Positions 37,572 to 48,042 of a stretch of 64,000 bases of DNA are shown piece after piece (within the stretch, counting starts at the first letter, position 1; each line of letters opens with the position of its first letter). Position numbers and translations under genes: made by a program. Source of the DNA: Octopus sinensis (Eukaryota); assembly GCF_006345805.1 (NCBI RefSeq), contig NW_021833710.1, positions 1-64,000 on the forward strand, read 5' to 3'. Under the pieces are notes generated by a model that saw only the letters and a program-made list of their open reading frames with translations, searched no databases and had not been told where the DNA came from.

Positions 37572-38135
37572 GTGAAGGCGCGTAGCTTAGTGGTTAGGGC
37601 GGCGAGCTGGCAGAAACGTTAGCACGCCGGGCGAAATGCTTAGCGGTATTTCGTCTGCGTTACGTTCTGAGTTCAAATTCCGCCGAGGACGACTTTGCCT
37701 TTCATCCTTTCGGGGTCGATAAATTAAGTACCAGTTACGCACTGGGGTCGATGTAATCGACTTAATACCTATGTCTGTCCTTGTTTGTCCCCTCTGTGTT
37801 TAGCCCCTTGTGGGTAATAAAGAAATAGGTTAGGGACTTTCGGCTCATGATCGTAAGGCCGTGAGTTCAATTCCCGGTGACGCGTTGTGTCCGTGCGCAA
37901 GAGACTTTATTTCACATTGCTCCAGTTCACTCAACTGGCAAACATGAGTAGTATGTGTATTTCAAAGGGATAGTCTTGTCACACACTGTGTCACGCTGAA
38001 TCTCTCCGAGAATTACGTTAAGGGTACATGTGTTTGTGGAGTGCTCAGCCACTTACACGTTAATTTCATGAGCAAGCTCTTCTGTTGATCGTATCAAATG
38101 GGACCCTCGTAGTAGTAACAGACGGAGTACTCCTT
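37572..38135 (+). mobile_element. SINE family D (tail T) containing a nested family B copy
   Basis: 13-bp TSD TATGTTACCCTAC at 37559-37571 and 38136-38148. Confidence 0.9.
37600..37827 (+). mobile_element. SINE family B nested in the D head
   Basis: 8-bp TSD GGTTAGGG at 37592-37599 and 37828-37835. Confidence 0.9.
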
Positions 38136-38424
38136 TATGTTACCCTACACGTTAAATGGATAGCTTTAAAAGGAATCAAAAGAAAAACAAATAAATGTAT
38201 CACTTAATTGCTTATCTTTAACAATTCGGTATGTTCCTTATCATTTGATGCGGTTAACCAGATCTGAATTATATCAGAGTACGAAGAAGATAACTGCTCC
38301 GATTCCAAATCCCTTTTTCTTTTACGTTTAATTTACGATTTATATTCGCTGTAAAACCAGTACAGTGGATACAAAACGGAAACTGATATAGCGGAAGTCT
38401 GTAGTATGTCTTTCCATATATGTA

Positions 38425-38675
38425 TTGGGTTGGTGCATAATTATTGCGGCTTTTTTTCAACAAATTTTATTCAACAAAAGCAATATTTGACAAACACATC
38501 TTTAAATGACGGTCTGACCGTCTGCCAAGCAAATGGGAAGCATTCATTGCAGTAGATGGTGAATATTCTCCGGTATAATCATTGAAAGATGTTCTTGTTG
38601 CATGTTGTTATTGTTTTTGATGAATAAAATTTGTTGAAAAAAAAAAAACCCCGCAATAATTATGCACCAATGCAA
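38425..38675 (+). mobile_element. Mariner-derived non-autonomous element (MITE)
   Basis: TA TSDs. TIRs TTGGGTTGGTGCATAATTATTGCGG and TTGCATTGGTGCATAATTATTGCGG, with an extended subterminal inverted repeat. Internal DRLPSKWEAFIAVDGEY (from 38516) matches a mariner transposase C-terminus. Confidence 0.88.
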
Positions 38676-38788
38676 TATATATATATATATGTATGTACAC
38701 ATGTATATATGCGGATTTGCCGGAAGTAATGTGAAAATGAGCATAACTCTTGCTTTAACCTACACAGATCTTTTGCTGGTTTTACTAC

Positions 38789-39800
38789 ATCAACAGAAGG
38801 CTTGAAATTGTTTACGCTGATGTCAGCATTGATAAGAGCAATGTTCATAGAAAGCTGACGAAGTGTTTGAAAACAAACGAAGCAGTGGGAGATAATCGAC
38901 TACAACCACAGATACGAAACCCCTCCGAGTAGATTAATTAATTTATGTGGTCAGACGAGTCTCAGTCCGTGAGCGTGCTGCTAAACTGCAGTGAGGTCTC
39001 ATTACATTAGAGAAGATGGTAGAAAATGTGGGCTATCGGGTGTATGCAAAGAGGGTACTCTTTACTCTTTTACTCTTTTACTTGTTTCAGTCATTTGACT
39101 GCGGCCATGCTGGAGCACCGCCTTTAGTCGAGCAACTCGACCCCGGGACTTATTCTTTTTGTAAGCTCAGTACTTATTCTATCGCTCTCTTTTTGCCGAA
39201 CCGCAAAGTGACGGGGACGTAAACACACCAGCATCGGTTGTCAAGCAATGCTAGGGGTACAAACACAGACGCACAAACACACACACATACATATATATAT
39301 ACACATATATACGACAGGATTCTTTCAGTTTCCGTCTACCAAATCCACTCAAGGCATTGGTCGGCCCGGGGCTATAGCAGAAAACACTTGCCCAAGATGC
39401 CACGCAGTGGGACTGAACCCGGAACCATGTGGTTGGTTAGCAAGCTACTTACCACACAGCCACTCCTGCGCCTCGGCTGTTGATGTCAAATTTGTTGAAG
39501 GTTAAGTAAATTTGCTGGAAGCGTTTGAAGACAATGAAGGCATATTTTTTCCAGAGATGATGACAAAGGGTGAAACTTTCCACATTCAATACAACTATGT
39601 TTTACCACAGAAAAATATTTGACAATGAATCAGGCAATCAGCAAGCTTGGCCGCTGCTCAGTTTTCTCCGATCTACTATAAAACTTGTGTCTGGAACACT
39701 GATTTCATCAGTTTCTTCCAGTTATAACAGAGACGAATTGAAGATAACTGTGAATACATAGGTACAACGGAGCACATCAGAATTATTTTTAAAATACGTG
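38789..39800 (+). pseudogene. Highly decayed mariner transposase, interrupted by a family A SINE
   Basis: INRRLEIVYADVSIDKSNVHR resembles the N-terminal HTH. LLEAFEDNEGIFFPEMMTKGETF resembles LL.R.E..G..FL.RIVTGDETW. KTCVWNT resembles TVFWD. Confidence 0.5.
39056..39472 (-). mobile_element. SINE family A, full length
   Basis: Matches the family A consensus. Confidence 0.9.
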
Positions 39801-39903
39801 AGTCGTGGTCAACGATGACGCAAATGCACTGCTGGAGATGGAGACCTTGTTCAATAGTGTCTTTGCGTAGAGGAACGAGTATACTATAAATGTGTGATTT
39901 CAA

Positions 39904-40269
39904 CGATCCCATTGGTACTCATAGAATGTGAAGGTGCCTGTAGAAAATTTAGTAACAGTAATAGAGCTTATCCTTATTTAATACAAGCCAAATTCACCAC
40001 TCAAAAGAGTTGCAGCCTAAAGAGAGATAACTGAGAAAGTTAACGTAAGATCATATTCATGTAAATATAGCAAATAATCCAGAAGCCTTCCCCGGTATCG
40101 GATAGATCCCAAAATCTACTCAGTTCGTGTCAGTCACGAGGCCGAGTTTCATCCGAATCCATCCAGCGGTTCTTGAGATATGTTGTCCACTGACAAACAG
40201 GCAAACAAACGCGACTGAAAAACAATACTCTGCTTTCACTAAGGTGGAGGTAGAAGGCGGAGGTAATAA
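39904..40269 (-). mobile_element. Helentron-like (HINE/DINE-type) non-autonomous element, 3'-truncated
   Basis: Reverse-complement homology to 42643-43022. 5' end TTATTACCTCCGCC. Confidence 0.7.
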
Positions 40270-40330
40270 CTCTGAAAGTCCAAATCTGACAAAACATCAA
40301 AATTACTGCCTCTTACGCATTTATATACTA

Positions 40331-40730
40331 CTAGCAGTATCGCCCGGCGTTGCTCGGATTTGTAAGGGAAATAACTATATAAGCATTTTTAGAGAGTTAT
40401 AGCCAAAAAATAGCAAAAGAAAAATGCATTAAAAATGGGAAAAAAATGATGGTAAATTTTTTTTTAAATCGTTGACTCAGCGTAGACATTTTTAGAGAGT
40501 TATTTCCCTTATATAATAGCGAAAAATGCATTAAAATGGAAAAAAATTATGGTAAATTTCTTTTTAAATCGTAGACTCATCGTAGACGCGTGCTAATAAC
40601 CAGAAGGGCTCGATATGAATCACGACTATAAGATACCAGGTTTTGGTTAAACTGCACCGCAAAATGTGGGAGTAGTTAGGAATCTAAATCGGAGGAGACA
40701 GACACACAACCTTACTTTTATATATAAAGA
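40331..40730 (-). mobile_element. Non-autonomous Helitron
   Basis: Minus strand 5' A|TCTTTATATATAAAAG, 3' GC-rich CCGAGCAACGCCGGG then CTAG|T. Internal duplicated block of about 100 bp. Confidence 0.8.
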
Positions 40731-40859
40731 TAAATGTGTAATATCTGTTAATGAAGTTATGCATACATTTCTTTACTTTCAAGATAAGCCTTGTATATGA
40801 CAACTAATATTTCTAATTATTTAGGTGTTCATATATATATATATGTCAAAGCCTCTGTA

Positions 40860-41132
40860 GGCATTCTTTCGATATAACTCGACAAAATCGAAATATTCAC
40901 TTCGGGTATTTCCGTGGAAGCAAATGACAGTTCGATTCTGTTTTCTGTTTGGAAATTTGCGGATTTTACATACACACATGAAAAAAGGTAAAAACAAATA
41001 TGCAAGGCTTTTTTTCTTCACGTTTAAAACGAGACATTGCTGGCATAATTTCGTTAAATCTATACTCCACAACCCACGGAAATACCCGAAGTGAAATGTT
41101 TTGATTTTGTCGAGTTATATCGAAGGAATGCC
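40860..41132. mobile_element. MITE with ~58-bp TIRs and 8-bp TSD (Merlin-like ends)
   Basis: TIR GGCATTC(T/C)TTCGATATAACTCGACAAAATC...TTCGGGTATTTCCGTGG. TSD CCTCTGTA (40852-40859) and CCTCTGTG (41133-41140). Confidence 0.85.
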
Positions 41133-41863
41133 CCTCTGTGTATTTGCTTCTTTATATACACTTCTCTATTGCTTTATGTGTCTACGTATACAAGTATATC
41201 TAGAACAGTTTATTTATGTGGAGGGAGATTAGATAATTACCATATGCAGTTAAACTCATGACAACAAATCTAAACATAATAATCAATTTTGAAATGAATA
41301 ATTAGTTGTTAATTATTATTAATTGAAGAATTAAAATATTAAGAATTCAATTTATAACATTAACGGCAAAAACAGCAGCAACAGCAGCAAAAAAATAAAA
41401 CAACAACAGCAGTAGCAGCAGCAACTATGATAGTAATAGTAGGCAATATTCTATAGAAGAAATATAACAAAAACAAAAATATCTAGTTTGAGCAATATAA
41501 CCGATTTTAAGATTATGGTATAATGTTTTGTATAAATTGTTTTTCTAAATTGCTATTATATTGTCTTTTTATCGTTGTGCATGAAGTAGGTGAGTTAGCT
41601 CATTTCTTGTAATTAATACGTCAAGAGTTAACGTTCCTCATGCTGACATCATGTGACCAGTTCAGACTTCTTATTTAATAAGATATACTTTTATTCTTTA
41701 AATATGAAGTTCCTTTTAACATATGAAGTTGTTAAATAGAATTGTATTGCCATTCTTATTTTTTTATTCTTTTACCGCCATAGATTTTATTTCAGCTTAC
41801 ACACACGCCGCGCGTGGACACATACACAAGCACACACACACACACACACAACATACACACGTG

Positions 41864-42531
41864 TATTCTTTTCTACTTCAGGCACAAGGCCCGAAATTTT
41901 TGGTGAGTGGGGGGGGCTGTCGATTAGATCGACTTCAGTAGACTACTGGTACTTAATTTATCGACTCCGAAAGGATGAAAGGCAAAGTCGACTTCGGTGG
42001 AATTTGAACTCAGAAGGTAAAGACAGACGAAATACTGCTAAGCATTTTACCCTGCATGCTAACGTTTCTTATTTCTTTATTGCCCACAAGGGGCTAAACA
42101 CAGAGGGGACAAACAAGGACAGACAAACGGATTAAGTCGATTATATCGACCCCAGTGCGTAACTGGTACTTATTTAATCGACCCCGAAAGGATGAAAGGC
42201 AAAGTCGACCTCGGCGGGATTTGAACTCAGAACGTAGCGGCAGACGAAATACTGCGAAGCATTTCGCCCGGCGTGCTAAGGTTTCTGCCAGCTCGCTGCC
42301 TTAGACACACGTATATTCTTTTCTATTCCAGGCACAAAGCCCGAAATTTTGGGGGAGGGCGCCAGTCGATTAGATCGACCCCAGTACGCAACTGGTACCT
42401 AATTTATCGACCCCGAAAGGATGAAAGGCAAAGTCGACCTCGGCGGAATTTGAACACACAACGTAACGGCAGACGAAATACGGCTACGCGTTTTGCCCGG
42501 CGTGCTAACGTTTCTGCCAGCTCGCCGCCTT
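41864..42531 (-). mobile_element. SINE B-B' dimer plus adjacent B' monomer
   Basis: B 42070-42302 joined to B' 41864-42069, then a second B' at 42314-42531. Confidence 0.88.
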
Positions 42532-42642
42532 ATTCACACTTGTATTCTTCCCAGTAAGTACCGACTGGTTATATCAATGATGAATGATTTGTCAGCAAGA
42601 GGCAGTAATTTAGACGTTTTGTTGAGATTTGGAGTTTCAGAG

Positions 42643-43235
42643 TTATTACCTCCGCCTTCTACCTCCGCCTTAGCGAAGGCAAAGGCATTGTTTTTTCAGT
42701 CGCGTTTGTTAGCTTGTTTGTCCGTGGACAAGGTATCTCAAGAACCGCTGGATGGATTCGGATGAAACTTTCAGGTTTATTTGGCCTCGTAACTGACACG
42801 AACTGAGTAGATTTTGGGATCGATCCCGTACTGGAGATAGATTCTGGATTATTTGCTACATTTACATGATTACGATCATACGTTAACTTTCTCAATTATC
42901 TCCCTTTAGGCTGTAACTCTTTTGAATGGTGAATTTAGCTTGTATTAGATAAGGATATGCTCTATTACTGTTACTAAATTTTCTGCAGCCACCTTCACAT
43001 TCTATGACTACCAATGGGATCGATCAGGTACCGGACAAGGATTCTGGATATTTTTCTTGTTTCCTCTTTTACTTAATTTCTTTGAGAGCGTCGGGTTCAT
43101 TTTGAGTATTCTTGTTTGTGAGAACAGTCGAGTTTATTGCAGACATTCTCATTTTAAAGATCATCTCTGGCTTACTGTTGAGAGGACGATGGCGTTGCCT
43201 TGGCGGATGTTTGCCTTGTCTGAGTGCTCTTGTTT
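42643..43235 (+). mobile_element. Helentron-like (HINE/DINE-type) non-autonomous element, apparently complete
   Basis: 5' TTATTACCTCCGCC, GTTT-rich tract near the 5' end, 3' subterminal inverted match TTGGCGGA(T)GT followed by CTGAGTGCTCTTGTTT. A 5' stub of a third copy lies at 43326-43350. Confidence 0.72.
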
Positions 43236-43362
43236 ATGTTTCTATTTGATTTCCATCATCACATTATACTAAGTTACCAAAATTTGCCGAATAGTTATTA
43301 TAGATAATCTTCGTTAAGCTTCGCTTTATTACCTCCGCCTTAGCGAAGGCGGGTGTTATTGG

Positions 43363-43389
43363 TTGATGGTATGCACTAATCTCTCACTC
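43363..43389 (+). mobile_element. Element E, extreme 3' stub
   Basis: TTGATGGTATGCACTAATCTCTCACTC|AATAAT versus copy 1 TTGATGGCATGCACTGCTCTCTCACTC|AATAAT. Confidence 0.65.
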
Positions 43390-43407
43390 AATAATAATGA
43401 TAATAAT

Positions 43408-43455
<48 letters not shown>

Positions 43456-43456
<1 letters not shown>

Positions 43457-43797
43457 GAACTGCTCATATCCTACGCAGAACTGCTCATATCCTACGCAAA
43501 ATTCAAAAGATAGTGCTCATGGGAACTGCTCATATCCTACGCAAAATACTCTCTATGTAATCCCAAGGTTTAAAACAAACTTTTTAAAAATTTTATTTTA
43601 TTATTTTTTTGTTTATTTATTTATTTTTCTTTTTATTTGTTTATTTTTTATTTTTATGTATTAGACATTCACTAGTACAACAAAAAAAAAAAAAACCCCA
43701 AATATATGGCACAGAACTTCTAACCTGTTGTCTCTTGAGGTCTCTGGGTGAGACTTGGAGCCAACTTGTACAGACATAAAGCAAAAGTCAAACATAG
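43456..43797 (+). mobile_element. 5'-truncated R4/Dong-like 3' fragment between (AAT)n tracts
   Basis: Encodes KIQKIVLMGTAHILRKILSM*, matching the RT-RLE C-terminus (compare GTARIIRRIL near 12000). Followed by a 3' UTR and (AAT)n. Confidence 0.78.
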
Positions 43798-43817
43798 AAT
43801 AATAATAATAATAATAA

Positions 43818-44323
43818 ATGACCTGATGCAGTACCAGGCACTGACTCCCATGGTTTCTGATCTTAACTGATTGGAAGTGTTATCACGTACACGTTTTTTG
43901 TCTTGGTATAAAAGATGGGCTACAGCAAATATTCTGCTCAATACCACGGATTTGCTTGTCAGTCGTTTGACCTTAACCAGTTGAATATAGCTCATGGTGG
44001 CTACCGATACGTGCATTTCTGATCACGGGCAGAAGTAGTGGTGGAGCGTCATGTGTTGAAAGGAATACTCTGGAAACATGAGTGTTTTGTTCAACATCCT
44101 TAACCAACCCTTTTGGGCTACTCGACCAGATGAAAATACTAACTGGACGCCACCTGCAAGGTCATGCGCTGATTTATCTTGATATGAGATCACCATATCG
44201 CACACATATGGTTGTGATATATGTGCCTGATGTACCTTTATCAGACGGATAGTTACGATGGGTATATTGAATCTCGTATAATTGTAACCCCGTGTCATTT
44301 TGACCGCATGCGCTGCTCTCTCA

Positions 44324-44326
<3 letters not shown>
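43818..44326 (+). mobile_element. Element E (copy 2), embedded in (AAT)n
   Basis: Homologous to 12341-12838, ends CTCTCTCACTG|AATAAT. Confidence 0.75.
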
Positions 44327-44372
<46 letters not shown>

Positions 44373-44406
44373 TTATAATAATAATAATAATAATTATAAT
44401 AATAAT
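44327..44406. repeat. (AAT)n microsatellite
   Basis: Direct inspection. Further (AAT)n tracts at 43390-43455 and 43798-43817. Confidence 0.95.
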
Positions 44407-44560
44407 GGTTTCAGATTTTGGCACAAGGCCTTAAATTTCAGGGAGAGGTATAAGTTGATTACATTGATCCCCAAATCCATGTAACAGATTTAGTTTCTCG
44501 CCTCGAAAGGGTTGAGAGCAAAGTTCACTCCGGCGGGATTTGAATTCAGAACCTGGTGAG
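44407..44560 (-). mobile_element. Diverged B'' SINE whose tail runs into the (AAT)n tract
   Basis: Minus strand ...GGCCTTGTGCCAAAATCTGAAACC|ATTATTATT. Confidence 0.65.
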
Positions 44561-44894
44561 TCGTGGTCAGCTTTGCTGGCGTCACTTCAGGGTCGATAAA
44601 TAAAGTTTCACTCAAATACTTAATTCAGTATGCTCGACTAACCTCCATTTCGGAAATAAGTGACCCTGTGCTTATGATTACAATTATATAACTGTGAATA
44701 TTATTGCTGTTATAAATTTTTATCGTTTCATAACTTCTTAAACTTTTAGCTTTCATTTTTCCGTATTAATTATAATATTCAGATTCAAGTTGCCAAAACT
44801 ATGGGAATCGATATCATTTGCGTGGACATGAGCTTAAAAAAGGAAGTAAATGTATAGATGGACATACACAGAGTAGTACATTAATGCATGTAGA

Positions 44895-45060
44895 GGTGCA
44901 GGCATGTCTGTGTGGTAAGAATCTTGCATTCCAACTACATCGTTTCAGGTTCAGTCCCACTCCGTGGTGCCTTGAGCAAATGTCGTCTACTATAGCCTCA
45001 GGCTGACCAAAACTTTGTGAGAGGATTTGGTAGACAGAAACTGAAAGAAGCCCGTCGTAT
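44895..45060 (+). mobile_element. SINE family A, diverged 5' half
   Basis: Ends at CCCGTCGTAT, the start of the microsatellite. Confidence 0.78.
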
Positions 45061-45532
45061 GTCATTTTGATGCGACTCTACTCTTTACTATTTTCTCCCC
45101 TATCTTTTTCTCCCATTCACCGTTTTCTATCTGTCTCTCTTTTTCCATCTATCTCTTTTTCTCTCTCTCGTTACTCACACGTGATCATCGGCCATCTGTC
45201 TTTTCCTCGCGTGATCATCTTTCTTTTCTTCACGTGATCAACTTTCTTTTCCTTTAGGACTGTCCTAAGGGCTAGATGTATTCTATCTATCTCTCTCCCA
45301 TTTTTTTCTCTTTTCAAAGGAAATATTTCTCCAGCGTTCATTAATTTATCCTCGTTCTGGTCTGACGACCCTCCAGTTTGCTTCCGTTCGGTTTCCTTGC
45401 ATGTCTCCACTGTCCTGCTTGTGTACCTAAATTTCACCCTCCATAAATCCAAAATTTCATTTTGGTACTTATGGGAGCAACTGTCTTCGAAAACTCATAT
45501 TGTCGTGAATGATCGGAATGAGGAATGAGATA

Positions 45533-45703
45533 GGCGCAGGAGTGGCTGTGTGGTAAGTAGCTTGCTTACCAACCACACGGTTCCGGGTTCAGTCCCACTG
45601 GGTGGCACCTTGGGCAAGTGTCTTCTACTATAGCCGCGGGCCGACCAAAGCCTTGTGAGTGGATTTGGTAGACGGAAACTGAAAGAAGCCCGTCGTATAT
45701 ATA

Positions 45704-45758
<55 letters not shown>

Positions 45759-45994
45759 GTATATATGTGTGTGTGTGTTTTGTGTGTCTGGTTTCTTCCT
45801 CCCCCCCCACAACATCGCTTGACAACCGATGGTGGTGTGTTTATGTCCCCGTAACTTAGCGGTTCGGCAAAAATAGTGATAGAATAAATACTAGGCTTAC
45901 AAAGAATAATTCCTGGGGTCAATTTTCTCGACTAAAGGCGGTGCTCTAGTATGGTCACAGTCACATGACTGAAACAAGTAAAAGAGCAAAAGAG
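45533..45994 (+). mobile_element. SINE family A, full length
   Basis: Matches the family A consensus. Confidence 0.9.
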
Positions 45995-46019
45995 AAAAAA
46001 GTATATATATATATACGTT

Positions 46020-46248
46020 TGTGCGAGTGTGTCTCTTTGTGTTTGTATTTGTCCCAACATGACCACTGGATACCCGCTGTTGGTGTGTTTACATCCCCGC
46101 GACTTACCAGTTCGGCAAGAGTGGCCGATAGAATAGGCTTTAAAAGAAAAAATCCTGGTGTCGATTTATCCAACAAAAACCCTTGAAGGCTGTGCTCCAA
46201 AATGGCCACTGCCAGAAAGACTGAAACAAGTAAAAGAATAAAAGAATA
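46020..46248 (+). mobile_element. SINE family A, diverged 3' half
   Basis: Second 3' half directly after the full copy, separated by (TA)n. Confidence 0.72.
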
Positions 46249-46471
46249 CACGCACACACTCACAGACATACACACTCTCACACGCATGCACACTCTCACG
46301 TACACACACACTGGCTCTACATGAAATTATTAATAGCTGTAGACTGAGAGACTAATTGATAAGTGAATAAGTATATACTATCTCTCTCTCTTCTCTCTCT
46401 CGCCTCTCTCTCTCTATATATATATATACATATATATATGTATATATATATACACACACACATATACATAT

Positions 46472-46525
<54 letters not shown>

Positions 46526-46584
46526 TATATACATATATATACACACACATGCACACACACAACACACACACACACACACACACC

Positions 46585-46620
<36 letters not shown>

Positions 46621-46680
46621 CACATACATACACTCAGAGATATGTATAAATGTGCTTACCTATACATACACACATGTAAA

Positions 46681-46990
46681 TATTTCCCCGTCGGTTCAAT
46701 GAAAAGGATTTAGTTTTTCAAACAAGCGAGTTATCTGCTCTTGAATTAACGTGTGACTGAGGTTTCCACAGACACGTGGAAGCAGAATCATTTCGACACA
46801 ATCTATTACAATGATTCAGCACTAGATACAATCGAGCCGGCAGGCTTCCTGACAATTTCCGTCGAACGAACTTTTCTCACAAACGTTACCGCGGCCGAGA
46901 CTATTAATAAAATGATGACACCCCAAGATACCAAGCATTAAGATCGAATCTAGGACCTCCTTCTTGTGAAGGGAACATAAGCCATTCGGG
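46681..46990 (-). mobile_element. Unknown element ending in a diverged version of tail T
   Basis: Minus strand CACGTGTCTGTGGAAACCTCAGTCACACGTTAATTCAAGAGCAG...AACCGACGG aligns to the C/D tail. Upstream sequence is unrelated to C or D. Confidence 0.5.
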
Positions 46991-47068
46991 CACAAAGCGT
47001 AACATATACACACGTGTGTGTGTGTGGCTGTAATACATATGTATGTGTCTGTATATTAAGTACGTATT

Positions 47069-47102
<34 letters not shown>

Positions 47103-47260
47103 ATGGTAATATATATAATATTATATATATATATATATAATATATGTGTGTTGTGTGTATATATATACACATACACACACACACCTATATATTATGCATA
47201 CCTATGCTTGTGTGTGTGTGGACATACATATAAATAATATATACATACATATATATATAC

Positions 47261-47294
<34 letters not shown>

Positions 47295-48042
47295 TACCCA
47301 GGGCTGCTAGTCACTAGCCACTAGTCACTGTGATTATTCTATGCAGACATATATGTGTGTATATATATATATGCCTAGTTACTTCTACTTATGAATGCAT
47401 ATATATATGTCCGTGTGTATATGTATGTATATATGTTCATATGTACACATATATGGAAATATCTGTGAGAAAGAAAGAGAGCGAGAGAGCGAAAGGGGGG
47501 TGGAGAGCGACAAAAAAAATGAGAGAGTGAGATAGTTATATATTGGTTGACAGAAGTATTAATAGACTTATTGGTACAAATTAATGACATAGGTGCATAG
47601 ATAAACTTTGGACTTAAGAGTAAACAATAAATTGATTGACAGCCGTGCCCCGAGAAACGTAAATGAATAGACAGATATATATATATATATATATATATAT
47701 GACAGTAATAACGGTAGATGAATAGACACATACGTATAAATAATTCGATAGACATATAAGTAAAAATACACAAATAGAGTTTATGTTACAGGAAATAGTC
47801 TTTTGATTGAATTCATGTCAAGCGGAAATGTATAGATAAATATTAATGTGATTCTCTGTATCGATGTGTTTCCATAAACGTACATGTGTGTATTCTGCGG
47901 TTTTCCTTTCCTCCTTGATACATATATATATATATAATATATATATATATGTCTGTGTATATGTACATTTAATTTGTTAATTTATGCATTCATAATTACA
48001 TACATACATACATACACACACATACACATATGTATACATATA

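Noticed and set aside
45178-45240. Cluster of CACGTGATC-like E-box motifs
   Set aside because: Lies in a pyrimidine-rich low-complexity tract and is explained by short local duplication; no supporting context.
46753-46941. Plus-strand ORF as a possible terminal exon
   Set aside because: Weak acceptor, and its 5' end overlaps the antisense of the SINE tail T homology.
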